NCBI GenBank assembly: GCA_002269645.1
Contig: NIVC01003304.1
Location: 41,016-105,015 of the forward strand
Reading direction: 5' to 3'
Source: Macrostomum lignano
Lineage: Eukaryota
Length of the DNA: 64,000 nt
Position 1 is the first letter of the stretch; each line of letters starts with the position of its first letter. A program made the position numbers and the translations under genes. A model generated the notes under the pieces. The model was not told the DNA's origin, did no database searches, and saw only the letters and a program-made list of their open reading frames with translations. Below, piece after piece: positions 23,478 through 36,212 of the stretch.

Positions 23478-25845
23478 TGGTGACTCACTGGGGGTATGGG
23501 ATCGTGACTCACTGAGGGTATGGGATTGTGACTCACTGAGGGTATGGGATTGGTGATTCGCTGAGGGTATGGGATGGTGACTCGCTGAGGGTATGGGATT
23601 GGTGATTCGCTGAGGGTATGGGATGGTGACACGCTGAGGGTATGGGATTGGTGATTCGCTGAGGGTATGGGATGGTGACTCGCTGAGGGTATGGGATTGG
23701 TGATTCGCTGAGGGTATGGGATGGTGACACGCTGAGGGTATGGGATTGGTGATTCGCTGGTGGGTATGGGATGGTGACTCGCTGAGGGTATGGGATTGGT
23801 GATTCGCTGAGGGTATGGGATGGTGACACGCTGAGGGTATGGGATTGGTGATTCGCTGGTGGGTATGGGATGGTGACTCACTGAGGGTATGGGATGTTGA
23901 CTCACTGAGGGTATGGGATGGTGACTCACTGAGGGTATGGGGATGGTGACTCACTGAGGGTATGGAATGGTGACTCACTGAGGGTATGGGATGGGTGACT
24001 CACTGAGGATATGGGATTGGTGACTCACTGATGGTATGGGATGGGTGACTCACTGAGGGTATGGGATGGTGACTCGCTGAGGGTATGGGGATGGTGACTC
24101 ACTGAGGGTATGGGATGGGTGACTCACTGAGGGTATGGGATTGGTGACTCACTGAGGGTATGGGATGGGTGACTCACTGAGGGTATGGGATGGTGACTCA
24201 CTGAGGGTATGGGATGGTGACTCACTGAGGGTATGGGATGGGTGACTCACTGAGGGTATGGGATTGGTGACTCACTGAGGGTATGGGATTGGTGACTCAC
24301 TGAGGGTATGGGATGGGTGACTCACTGAGGGTATGGGATTGGTGACTCGCTGAGGGTATGGGATGGGTGACTCACTGAGGGTATGGGATGGGTGACTCAC
24401 TGAGGGTATGGGATGGTGACTCACTGAGGGTATGGGATGGTGACTCACTGAGGGTATGGGATTGGTGACTCGCTGAGGGTATGGGATGGGTGACTCACTG
24501 AGGGTTTGGGATGGTGACTCACTGAGGGTTTGGGATGGTGACTCACTGAGGGTATGGGGATGGGTGACTCGCTGAGGGTATGGGATGGGTGACTCACTGA
24601 GGGTATGGGATGGTGACTCGCTGAGGGTATGGGGATGGTGACTCACTGAGGGTATGGGATGGGTGACTCGTTGAGGGTATGGGATGGGTGACTCACTGAG
24701 GGTATGGGATGGTGACTCACTGAGGGTATGGGGATGGTGACTCACTGAGGGTATGGAATGGTGACTCACTGAGGGTATGGGATGGGTGACTCACTGAGGA
24801 TATGGGATTGGTGACTCACTGATGGTATGGGATGGGTGACTCACTGAGGGTATGGGATGGGTGACTCACTGATGGTATGGGATGGGTGACTCACTGAGGG
24901 TATGGGATGGGTGACTCACTGATGGTATGGGATGGGTGACTCACTGAGGGTATGGGATGGGTGACTCACTGATGGTATGGGATGGGTGACTCACTGAGGG
25001 TATGGGATGGTGACTCGCTGAGGGTATGGGGATGGTGACTCACTGATGGTATGGGATTGGTGACTCACTGATGGTATGGGATGGGTGACTCACTGAGGGT
25101 ATGGGATGGTGATTCGCTGAGGGTATGGGGATGGTGACTCACTGAGGGTATGGAATGGTGACTCGCTGAGGGTATGGGGATGGTGACTCACTGATGGTAT
25201 GGGATTGGTGACTCACTGATGGTATGGGATGGGTGACTCACTGAGGGTATGGAATGGTGACTCGCTGAGGGTATGGAATGGTGACTCACTGAGGGTATGG
25301 GGATGGTGACTCACTGAGGGTATGGAATGGTGACTCACTGAGGGTATGGGATGGGTGACTCACTGAGGATATGGGATTGGTGACTCACTGATGGTATGGG
25401 ATGGGTGACTCACTGAGGGTATGGGATGGGTGACTCACTGATGGTATGGGATGGGTGACTCACTGAGGGTATGGGATGGGTGACTCACTGATGGTATGGG
25501 ATGGGTGACTCACTGAGGGTATGGGATGGGTGACTCACTGATGGTATGGGATGGGTGACTCACTGAGGGTATGGGATGGTGACTCGCTGAGGGTATGGGG
25601 ATGGTGACTCACTGATGGTATGGGATTGGTGACTCACTGATGGTATGGGATGGGTGACTCACTGAGGGTATGGGATGGTGATTCGCTGAGGGTATGGGGA
25701 TGGTGACTCACTGAGGGTATGGAATGGTGACTCGCTGAGGGTATGGGGATGGTGACTCACTGATGGTATGGGATTGGTGACTCACTGATGGTATGGGATG
25801 GGTGACTCGCTGAGGGTATGGGGATGGTGACTCACTGAGGGTATG
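23478..25845 (+). repeat. 24-25-bp minisatellite GGTGACTCACTGAGGGTATGGGAT filling a lachesin-like intron
   Basis: About 95 units; internal duplication of about 570 bp (24781 vs 25350). Confidence 0.97.
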
Positions 25846-25878
25846 CCACCAGCGGCTGTAGTCAGAACCCGTGCTCAC

Positions 25879-26166
25879 CTGCAGATACAGATTGTGCAAT
25901 CGCGCGCCCCGGATGCTAGGCGCGTAGTTCACATCGATCCGGACGTCGTGTTTCGCCCCGTAGCCGACATTGTTGTTGGCGAAGCAGCGATAGACTCCCC
26001 GATCGTACTTGGTGACGTTGATGAGGGTCACTTCGCTCTGGTAGACCCGCTGCGGCTGGCCGGGGATGTTCAGCGGCAGCCCGTTGGCCCGGATCCAGCT
26101 GATGTGCGCCGGCGGCTCCGAGGTGGCGCTACACTTCAGCGTCACGTTGGCGCCCTCCTCCACCAC
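25879..26166 (-). CDS. Lachesin/IgLON-like protein, Ig2 exon
   Basis: Acceptor cgcag|, donor CAG|GTGAGC, phase 0-0. EGANVTLKCSA...W...DRGVYRCFANNNVG. Confidence 0.9.
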
Positions 26167-26254
26167 CTGCGAATGCGGGTATTGGGGAACAATGCCGGCT
26201 TATTGTATTAGTAATACGGCAATTCTGCACATTAATTATAATGTACGCAGACTG

Positions 26255-26335
26255 TTGTACACTGTACACACGCTCACACAGGGTGTACAGGCTGCACAGA
26301 CTTTCTAATCGTCAGCCCTCATGGCTTTGAATCAG
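26255..26335 (-). mobile_element. Short fragment of the SINE body in a lachesin-like intron
   Basis: cacacagggtgtacag...gactttctaatcgtcagccctcatggc. Confidence 0.45.
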
Positions 26336-26392
26336 AACATGATGGCCACTGGTCACTAATTAGAACAAGCTTCAACCGACACTGCAGCGCAC

Positions 26393-26835
26393 CTGATTGT
26401 TGGTGACCTCGGCCGGGTTAATAAACGGTTCCCTTGGCACGATCAGCGTGGCAACAACCTCGGGCGAGTCAGCTGGCGAGCCGGGCACATTAATCCGGCA
26501 TTTGTAATTGGCAGCGTCCAGGTTGGTGAGTCGGCGGATGAGCAGCGTGAAGGTGGTGACGTCAGTGTAGCCCATGTCCGGGATGAACACGGTTCGGCCA
26601 GGCCGGCTGCGGACTTCATATTTCAGCATGTCACCCTGCAGGATCGGGTTCTGCTCAGTGATCTTCGTGCCGGCGCTGATGGCCTTGTCGCTTTGGCCGG
26701 GCAAGAGTTTGTACCACTGCACTCGCTCGGGCGGGTTGCTGAACAGCGCCACGGAGCAGTTCAGGGTGGCCGTGCTGTCTATGGGCCGCACCTCTGTCAC
26801 TATGTTCTCAACGATTGCTGGCCGAATTGCAGAAA
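26393..26835 (-). CDS. Lachesin/IgLON-like protein, Ig1 (V-type) exon
   Basis: Acceptor cacag|, phase 1; donor CAG|GTGCGC. TATLNCSV...VQWYK...DAANYKCRI. Confidence 0.85.
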
Positions 26836-26879
26836 CTGTGCATAGTGGAGAGTGGTTGATGAAGCCAGTTAATTGAAAG

Positions 26880-27138
26880 GACCATTTAGCCATATTGTCC
26901 CACAACTGGCGAGAGGCATTACTGTCCATTCTAATGACTCCCCTGAACAGGCACACACTCACACAGGAGCATACAGCGGCCCTAACTTCATTTATCTTTA
27001 AGCATGTACACTTCACTGTGCCTTGGTGGTTGGCCCTCAAGGGTGTTAATTGCACAAGCAGAGCCAAGCCAAGATTTTAAGGCACACAAACTATGAGTAA
27101 TGTGACTGGACTGTAGCTAGACCACTTGGCTACACTCC
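26880..27138 (-). mobile_element. Second copy of the same SINE family (internally deleted head)
   Basis: About 200 bp align by eye with 29990-30200 (ggcgagaggcattact...gcatgtacacttcactg...agccaagcc). Head has GTAGCCAAGTGG A box. Confidence 0.65.
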
Positions 27139-28228
27139 TTCAAATTGAAGTTGCCAACTACAAAAACTAAAATAATAGTGTATAAGGCAATATCTCTATC
27201 TAGATATCCAAAAAATAAAAAGTTAATAATATACTGTCATAGATTTTTCTATTATTAACTTGTAAGTAGATTATCAAAGTTTAATGAAAAAGTCACATAT
27301 CCAATTTAATCTAATCAATAACCAAGGTGAAATTCATATATCTAGCTTTAAAAAACTTCAATATATATAGTTCCATCTTCATAAATGATAGGCATATCCA
27401 TTTCGATTTTTTAATTCAATTAAACAGTGGCAAGTTTGATTGTGGAGACTAAAGGATACTACTGGCCCACTCGAGCTAGTTTTTTGGAGTTCTTAGAATG
27501 ATATTTTTGCCTAGGAGTATATGGATTATGTAATAAATGAATTAACCCACTTTTAATATATACAATATATTACAATTGTAATACTAAATTTAAGTATATT
27601 TCTTCACTTTATCCAACCTGCTTTAATTTGCCACTTTTGAAATCATAGTTTAGTACTTTTAATCTTATTCTAAACTAGCAATCTAACAACTTGTTATTAT
27701 TATAAGTGCAATTAATTTACACATATTTTAATCTATTATCCAAGATGAAAGAATTAAAACTTGAAAAAATGTTTAACAACAATATAATTGCTCATAGTCA
27801 AGATGATTCATTGATTGCACAAAATTATTTTTAAAGTCTAAACCACAAGATGGCTTATCTATATACCGTATAGGTGAAAAAAAATTGTTCATCTAAATAT
27901 AAATTATAACCAGATATCCTGTTTTTTGTGGAGTCTATATCAAAAATCCTTATTATGTGGGAAAATTCTATAGAAAACAGAATCATCCTGACCTTTTTCT
28001 ATGTCTATGCCTATGCTTATGAATTCAATCACATTTTATATTAAGATGGTGCTTTCTTAGAATTTTGTTGGCATCAACTAGGCTAATTCCTTGACTATAC
28101 CAATGAACTAAATATATCTTTTTTGGCTCAACCTCTCAAAACTGTTCCACAACCACAACTGAGAAGTCTCTGAACAATTATGAACTATGATTATGAAAAA
28201 TAGAAAAGTAAACACAAAAAACACCCAC

Positions 28229-28289
28229 CTCGAAGTAAAAAATCGCTCAAGGCTAAAAATAATACGATACAAAATATCTTCGCAGCCAT
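28229..28289 (-). CDS. Candidate signal-peptide first exon of the lachesin-like gene (MAAKIFCIVLFLALSDFLLR)
   Basis: ATG, hydrophobic core and phase-1 donor G|GTGGGT. Splices in frame to give ...LLRVSA-IRPAI. Its AT-rich codons differ from the other exons, which lowers confidence. Confidence 0.45.
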
Positions 28290-29959
28290 TTTAGCACAAG
28301 ATAATTAGTTAAAAGAGTTTGCATGCAAAGCTTTCCACTTCCTTAAAATTTTCGCAGAAAAATACAATTTGTAATATCAATAGGAAGCCAAATACAAAAT
28401 GTTAATTTTTTCTACAAGTGAAATTTTAATATATCCTAAAAATTAAAATATTTGTACAACTATATAGTTAATGACTTCTACTTGGCTTTAATAAAAAATT
28501 AAAACGTTTGTTACTGCCTACTGGTAAATTTAAATTTTTATTTATTAGAAAACTATATTATTGGGCGTTACCCGTATGGTAAATGGGAAAATCAGAGGGC
28601 GCCGTAATTAGGCTTCGTTCGTTCGTTCGTATTTTCCGAAAGGAAGTGCACCGACGATAGGTTGCACCGCAACAGATTAATTTAACTTCCAAGAATTTTC
28701 CATTTTTGCTCCTTAAGTTAACTTTTGATGTCGTTTCTTTGGTCTTTCTATATGGCTATTTACAAAAATTTACTGATCACAACGAAATTTGTCAAAGCAA
28801 AGGGATTAGGGCCTATTGTATTTTAAAATACTGTTCTATATTTTTTTATTTTTAAATAAGAATTTTTAGAATTAGATCTCTAATTCTATCATATTCAATT
28901 TGTAAATAATAAGTTTATCACAAAAATCTATACATTGCATTTGTTAAGCATATGTTAGGTCCTAAGACTAATAGTAGGTCCAAAAAGAGATTTGCAATCT
29001 GAATTATAAGCATTTTTTTAAATAAACCATTAAAGTGTAAAACTAAGACAATATATATTTATTTAACTATTTAATGTGGACTTAAAAGTAATGACTCCAG
29101 TGATATTTTGAGAGTTTTCAATGTTTCAGGAATTCAACTAAACTGAACTAAGACACACTGCACTGAACTAAGCAAGAAACTAACAATTTTTTATTTAATA
29201 AATATTATTTGCCTAAATAAAAAACACCTTGCTTGGCAATCTTTCACCTTAGTTTCTTGGGTTCAATTATTTTAATATGATATGATATTATAAATTATAT
29301 AAAATAAGTTTGAAAGGCACAACAGACGTGAACAAAACAAAAAAATGACAAAAAATGATACAGGAAACTAGTCAGTTAGTCAGTCAGTTGCACTAGAGTG
29401 AATGATAATGGCTAATCTAGAAGAGGATTAGCCATGGTAATATTAATAACACTAGAATATATAACCCATAATTTGGAGGGCGACATATATACTAGGATTT
29501 CCTAGCATACAACAAGGGTCTTGTGTACTATTTTTCAGCATATATCAAGGTATATCCTGGTGTATATGACACAGCACATACATTGTGTCAAATTAAAAAT
29601 TTTTCATATTGGTGCACAAACCTAACATATAAACAAGGTCTTGTCCTTTTTTCTGGCATTAAACCCCAGTGTACACTAATACACAATCCAAACTATGGTG
29701 TGTAACACATGTTAAAATAATTTAATGTGGGAAACCAAATGATTGCCTCTTACTTTTGTCTGAAAATTGGTCAACTAAAAAATGCACAAAAATTTTGTAT
29801 TATATCTTAAATTTTCAAAACTTTTGTAATGCATTTTGCCTTTTAGGCACAACAAATGATAAGTTTTGCTTAAACCTGGGTTTAAATAATATTTTTTTAA
29901 TTTTTAAAAAATTAACCAATTTCTATATCTATTTTTTTATTAGGGGCAGGGGGTTGTGT

Positions 29960-30291
29960 GCACCCTGGCGCACTTTAAGCAACATAGGCACACAACCGGC
30001 GAGAGGCATTACTGCCCATTCCGCCGACTCCCCTGAGCAGGCATACAAGCGCGCGGATACGTACGCAGGCACACACTCACACAGGAGTGTACAGTGGCCC
30101 TAACTTTTTTTTATCGTTAGGCATGTACACTTCACTGCGCCTTGGGGGTTGGCTCACAAGGCTGTTAATTACATGAGCAAAGCCAAGCCGAGATTCCAAT
30201 TCAGCCCCAAATTAATGTGACTGCACTTGGAATTGAGCCTGGGTTGCTGGCACACCAGAGCAGCTGCGCTACCGCTGGGCTACGGCCCCCC
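29960..30291 (-). mobile_element. tRNA-derived SINE-like element, fullest copy of a dispersed family
   Basis: Minus-strand head GGGGCCGTAGCCCAGCGGTAGCGCAG with A box and degenerate B box GGCTCAATTCC. The body is shared with four other loci in the window. Confidence 0.7.
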
Positions 30292-31081
30292 TAATTTCTA
30301 TATCTAAATATATATCAATATACCTTTTTTAAGCTTTTCTTTTCCTTTTCCTTTCCCAATTCAAAAACTGGGAAAGTAGCTATAATAGGAAAAACCTTTG
30401 TAACAATCAGTGTTAGGCACTCTATTATAATAATTTAATTTTTTAATAGCTAAATAACTAAAATAATTTTTTGATAGTATTTGACTTTGGAAACTTTTAA
30501 TGCTTTTTTATTGTTCAATCCTTTGTTATTGCTTTTTTATTAATACTATTAAACTTTTTGACAATACAAACAAACAAATATTCCTCATATTCTCATTGAT
30601 AACAAAGTTTAATGTATTACTTATTTATACATAAGCATCCTCTCACTAAAAAATGCACTTACTATAGGTAGAAGGCACCATGGATAAAATAGAATTCAAT
30701 TTTGCTGAAATAGGATGAGAAAACTTATAGTTGAAAATAAACTTTTCAGTAGTTTTAAGCTTTGCAAAGTATTTAGCTATTTTTTTGATAATTTTTATTT
30801 TCAATTATGAATGTAAGAGAAAACTTTATGAAAAAAAGCTTTGTAATACAAGTATATTGCTTTCTATTATTATATGCACTTGTTTTACTATATTATCCTT
30901 GTAACTAGAATTATAGATGAATTGTAATTATTGCTTATCTAGTATATCTCAACTATTAATAAAATTGTTATTGTTCATTCCACTATCGAATAGTCATTAG
31001 TCTACATCTAATCATATGCAATAACATTATTGAACACCATACATTGAATTGCATGTTTAAAACTCTGCTTTCTAAGAATCA

Positions 31082-31639
31082 ATGGACATTGCTACACAGC
31101 AGCAGCAGCAGCAACCGAGACTGTTTCAGCACACCCAGCCAGACACTGAAGCCTGGCTTGGCGCAGAGTGCCTGGGCTCTGGCCTGCTCCAGATCAATGA
31201 GAACTGTCTCACCTGGTCTGGGCCAGGCCGCCAGTTCGCATTGCCACACTCGGCCGTGTACGCTCACGCCCTGTCCAAAACTGGCTCCGGCGGCGCCTCC
31301 GGCCGGCCGCATCTCCTGCTGATGGCGCTGCTGGATGGCGCCGAGACGCCTGAAGAGATTCGCCTGTGCCCGCCGCAGTCTGACGGGGACAGCCTGCAGA
31401 TTCTGTTCAGTGCGATGTCCAACTGCCAGACTATTCTGGCTGCCGCAGACAATGCTAGCTACGATCGCGATTTCAATGGCCAGGAGTTTCGCTATGAAGC
31501 TGAGGCTGAGGAGGCTGAGAATGAAGATGATGATGACGAGGATGACGGGCCCGATTTTGATCACCTGCTGGTTGGTGACGCCGGTGACAGCAACGGCGAC
31601 CAGCCGATGGACACCGACCAGTTTGAAGATGCGCAGTGA
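31082..31639 (+). CDS. CLNS1A: Methylosome subunit pICln (ICln/CLNS1A family), intronless
   Basis: PH-like core LGSGLLQINENCLTW, AVYAHALS, EEIRLCP, ILFSAMSNCQ; acidic tract; C-terminal MDTDQFEDA. AATAAA at 31736. Confidence 0.85.
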   Translation: MDIATQQQQQQPRLFQHTQPDTEAWLGAECLGSGLLQINENCLTWSGPGRQFALPHSAVYAHALSKTGSGGASGRPHLLLMALLDGAETPEEIRLCPPQSDGDSLQILFSAMSNCQTILAAADNASYDRDFNGQEFRYEAEAEEAENEDDDDEDDGPDFDHLLVGDAGDSNGDQPMDTDQFEDAQ

Positions 31640-31904
31640 CTTTTCGCATGCCTGACTTGCAAGCCTGCATTTCGTATTGATAATATCGTTTCCTGCCGTA
31701 TGCCGTATATGTATACTGGTTGGAAATATTATCGGAATAAATCTGTAAGAAGTCATTATAATTAATTCATTCGTAACTCCTTTGTTACCTGCATATTTGC
31801 TTTTCTTCCCACTACACAGAATAATTCTTTCTGAAGCAAAATTTGAGATTATTTAAATAGTTTGAATGGGGACATAGGGTGAGACTTTTGAGTTTAGGTC
31901 TCGG

Positions 31905-32378
31905 CTGGGGTGAGACTTGTGGGATCGTGTCGTGAGATTTGTGTCATTGGGTCTTGGCTGGGGTGAGATTTGTGTCATTGGGTCTTGGCTGGGGTGAGAT
32001 TTGTGTCATTGGGTCTCGGCTGGGGTGAGATTTGTGTCATTGGGTCTCGGCTGGGGTGAGATTTGTGTCATTGGGTCTCGGCTGGGGTGAGATTTGTGTC
32101 ATTGGGTCTTGGCTGGGGTGAGATTTGTGTCATTGGGTCTTAGCTGGGGTGAGATTTGTTGGATTGAGTCTTGGCTAAGGTGAGATTCGTAGCATTAGGT
32201 CTTTGTTGGGGTGAGATTTGTGGCATTATGTCTTTTTGGGGTGAGATTTGTGGCATTAGGTCTTTGTTGGGGTGGGATTTGTGGCAATAGGTCTTTTTGG
32301 GGTGAGATTTGTGGCATTAGGTCTTTGTTGGGGTGAGATTTGTGGCATTAGGTCTTTGTTGGGGTGAGATTTGTGGTT
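31905..32378 (+). repeat. About 31-bp minisatellite GGGGTGAGATTTGTGTCATTGGGTCTCGGCT
   Basis: About 15 units, drifting in sequence left to right. Confidence 0.9.
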
Positions 32379-33242
32379 GAAAATCAGACGTGTTTACCAC
32401 TGAGCTGCTTGAGAAATAAAAAAGGCACAGAAAGTCCAGTATATTAAATTTTATCCAATGGAGCAATTTTACTGAGAGGTACAATAGTAAAGGAATTTAT
32501 GTAATTTTCATTGAATCAGCTAGACACTAAACCAATTTGTAGCAAGCAATGAGAGTGAGGAACATGACCGAGACGCTCTTAGCTTAATAAATAAATATAA
32601 AAAGCGGAAACAGAATAAGCCGAATAATCATACAACTGCATATAGCTGTTATTGTACTCGGACAAGATGATTAAATTAACAAATTTAGACAAAGATTTAC
32701 TGCCAGCATCACACTTAGAAAGAAACCAGTTAGATAAGAAATCCTGACACAACAAGCAAGATTCGTGGGCAGAGATTCGAACTGGGGGAAGGGACGACCG
32801 AAATGGGAAAAATATTGACAATATATTTGTTACTAAGGAAATGATTTAATTAGCAATATGCATATTTATGCATTTCTTTATTAACAGCACAAAAAATCAA
32901 CACAAACGCTTCGGTAAGATCTTGGAAAATGCAAAAAGCTATATGAAAACAGTAGAAGCATGCAAAATCTGTTTGCATTACTCGCAGTAGTAAATCGCTG
33001 CTATAAATATTCGAAGCAATACGGCGATGTACAAATTGTTTAGTGTACTTTTAACGCCAATGAATTTATCCTATGCATTAATAATTTGCAATTGGATTGA
33101 CATTTTCAATTTTTAGAAAAAATCAACATAAATGAAAGGTAAAACTTGACCAAACAAAACAAGCGGACATTGTCATTTACAAATTTGGTGATTTTATAGG
33201 ATTCAACGCGATTTTACCTATACGAGTTTGAAAGTTCGGCTA

Positions 33243-34008
33243 GATGTTAGACTAGGGGCTTGGATGTTAGACAGGGGGCTTGGATGTTAGACAGGTTGCC
33301 TGGGTGTTAGACAGGTTGCCTGGGTGTTAGACAGGGCGCCTTGCTGTTAGACAGGGGGCCTGGATGTTAGACAGGTTGCCTAAGTGTTAGACAGGGGGCC
33401 TGGATGTTAGACAGGTTGCCTAAGTGTTAGACAGGGCGCCTAGCTGTTAGAGAGACTGGGTGTTAGATAGGGCGCCTAGTTGTTAGACAGTCTGGATGTT
33501 ATACAGGTTGCATGGGTGTTAGATAGGGCGCCTGGCTGTTAGACAGGGGGCCTGGATGTTAGACAGGTTGCCTGGGTGTTAGACAGGTTGCCTGGGTGTT
33601 AGACAGGGCGCCTAGCTGTTAGACAGAGAGACTGGGTGTTAGATAGGGCGCCTAGTTGTTAGACAGAGTCTGGATGTTAGACAGGTTGCCTGGGTGTTAT
33701 ACAGGTTGCCTGGGTGTTAGACAGGGGGCCTGGATGTTAGACAGGTTGCCTAAGTGTTAGACAGGGCGCCTGGATGTTAGACAGGGCACCTTGGTGTTAG
33801 ACAGGGCGCCTGGATGTTAGACAGGTTGCCTAAGTGTTAGACAGGGCGCCTGGATGTTAGACAGGGCACCTTGGTGTTAGACAGGGGGCCTGGATGTTAG
33901 ACAGGTTGCCTAAGTGTTAGACAGGGCGCCTGGATGTTAGACAGGGCACCTTGGTGTTAGACAGGGCGCCTGGCTGTTAGACAGGGCGCCTGGCTGTTAG
34001 ACAGGGTT
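33243..34008 (+). repeat. 19-20-bp minisatellite TGTTAGACAGGGCGCCTGGA
   Basis: About 38 units. Confidence 0.93.
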
Positions 34009-34530
34009 CAAAACTGGTAGTCAAGCGCATTTTCTTAAAATAGAAACGTAAAAAACCCGCATTTCAAACCAACGGTAAAATTTATACTCCGTTTCTGCTT
34101 GAGGCGACAGGCAGAAAGCAGGGCCGGAGTTTTATGACTAATGCCTGATGCGAACAGAATTACATAGTGGCGCAACAAACATTAACATGACTCATTAGTT
34201 CACGCATAATACAGGTATGAAATGAAGAATAGAATTATAAATGAACACTATAATATTGGTATTGATGTACAATGTTGGTACTAGCGTAGTGCAGTGCTGA
34301 TTGCCATTGCAACTGTATTGCTTGTAAAAAAACGCAGACCCAAAGCAGGTGAAAAAGAACAGACAGACGCATCAGTGAATCTCTTAGACGCACATTTTTG
34401 GCTTAATAATTTATTAGCTAGCTATGCAGTTGCGGCTATGTTCCTTTTTATAATAAATGATCGCAATTTGCTGTTCTTACACCGACAATCTACTGACAGT
34501 AGCAAATCCATGCTCCGATTCAAGTTGGAT

Positions 34531-34735
34531 TTAAGCCGCGTAGTGATCAAACGAGGACAGGTACTCCAGCGCGGCGGTGTAGCAGAACTGGTACTGGTCC
34601 TCGGTCTGCACCATGGCTGGCCGCTGGGTGCGCAGGGTGCGCACAGTCTGGTACATGTCAACCACGCCTTCGTAGCGCATGCGCTCCAGCACCACGGCCA
34701 GGGTCAGGAAGACTCCGGTGCGGCCGACTCCGGCG
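34531..34735 (-). CDS. Lar: LAR-family RPTP terminal exon (end of PTP D2)
   Basis: [68 protein letters not shown], the typical LAR C-terminus. Acceptor cgcag|, phase 2. Confidence 0.95.
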
Positions 34736-34761
34736 CTGCGGGTTCAGTGGGGACGAGACTC

Positions 34762-35210
34762 TAGGGTCACGTGACTTGATCCCTTCTTAGATGCTAGGGT
34801 ATGAATAGGGGTCAATTGACCTCCCTGGATTCTAGAGGGTATGAATTAGGGGTCACTTGACCTCCTTAGATAGGATATGATTAGGGGTCAATTGACCTCC
34901 CCGGATGCTACGGTATGAGTAGGAGTCGATTGACCTCCCCGGATGCTACAGTATGAATAGGGATCAATTGACCTCCTTAGATGCTATGCTAGGGTATAAA
35001 TAGGGGTCAATTGAACTCAGATGCTAGGGAATGAATATGGCCGGGTCACTTGACCTCCCCGGATGCTGGGAATGAGTAGGGTTCACTTGACGTCCCCGAA
35101 TGCTAGGGTATGATTAGGGGTCACTTGACCTCCGCGGATGCTGGGGAATGAGTAGGGGTATTTTGCCCTCTTCGGATTCTAGGGTATGAATATGGGTCAC
35201 GTGACCTAAC
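34762..35210 (+). repeat. About 33-bp degenerate repeat with palindromic GGTCANNTGACC core
   Basis: Repeated ggtcacttgacc, ggtcaattgacc and ggtcacgtgac, each followed by ggatgctagggtatga. Confidence 0.8.
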
Positions 35211-35875
35211 CGCGTCAAGATACTAAGCTATGATCTTTTTGAATAGTGGGTTACCTACTTATTAGCTGAGTAGTATAACAAAATACAACTTTCATTCTTT
35301 CAGCGCGCAATGTAGTTCAAGAAACATAGGTAGGCATAAATCAATTTGCGGTGATGGATCTATCAAGGACGCGGCAGCTGCACTTCAAACTGCAAGAATT
35401 CAATGCACCGTATCGTATCCTGCTTAGATTCCCATAGAACCGAATGTCGAATAGCAAGTCAGAGCAATTAACTCCGCTCTTATATAAATATATTCGATAA
35501 ATCTAGCTTAAGCTTTAACAGCCACCGATCGCAAGGTGCCATGCAGGCGTGCGGCTTGGCCATAAAAACTTTGCCAGCTGAAACACCCCCCCTTCCCCAG
35601 CATCCAGCGCATAGAAGTGCCCCCAGCCCCCCAGTGGGTCAATAAAGCAAGGGAGTGTCGCGTCTTCCATTGTCGGTTTTACTGCCGTCATTCCAGACCG
35701 CAGGCGGCGAGACGCTGCTGCCTGCCTCTCCGCCTCCCCTCCGCTCCCTCTCTCGGGAGCTCTCGGCCTGTGTCTCTATCAGCCTTGCCCGATGCTGTGC
35801 GGCAGAATTATTCATGAGTTCGCGATGTTGAGACCCACTGGCTGCTCCTGCCTCACAGCCTTCAGCTGACGGGCA

Positions 35876-36212
35876 ATCTATCTGCCAGCATACGCTTGTA
35901 TCTACCGATCTATCTGCCAGCCTACGCTTGTATCTACCAATCTATCTGCCAGCCTACGCTTGTATCTACCGATCTATCTGCCAGCCTACGCTTGTATCTA
36001 CCAATCAATCTGCCAGCCTACGCTTGTATCTACCAATCTATCTGCCAGCCTACGCTTGTATCTACCGATCTATCTGCCAGCCTACGCTTGTATCTACCAA
36101 TCTATCTGCCAGCCTACGCTTGTATCTACCGATCTATCTGCCAGCCTACGCTTGTATCTACCAATCAATCTGCCAGCCTACGCTTGTATCTACCAATCTA
36201 TCTGCCAGCCTA
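35876..36212 (+). repeat. 32-bp minisatellite ATCTATCTGCCAGCCTACGCTTGTATCTACCA
   Basis: About 10 units. Confidence 0.95.
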
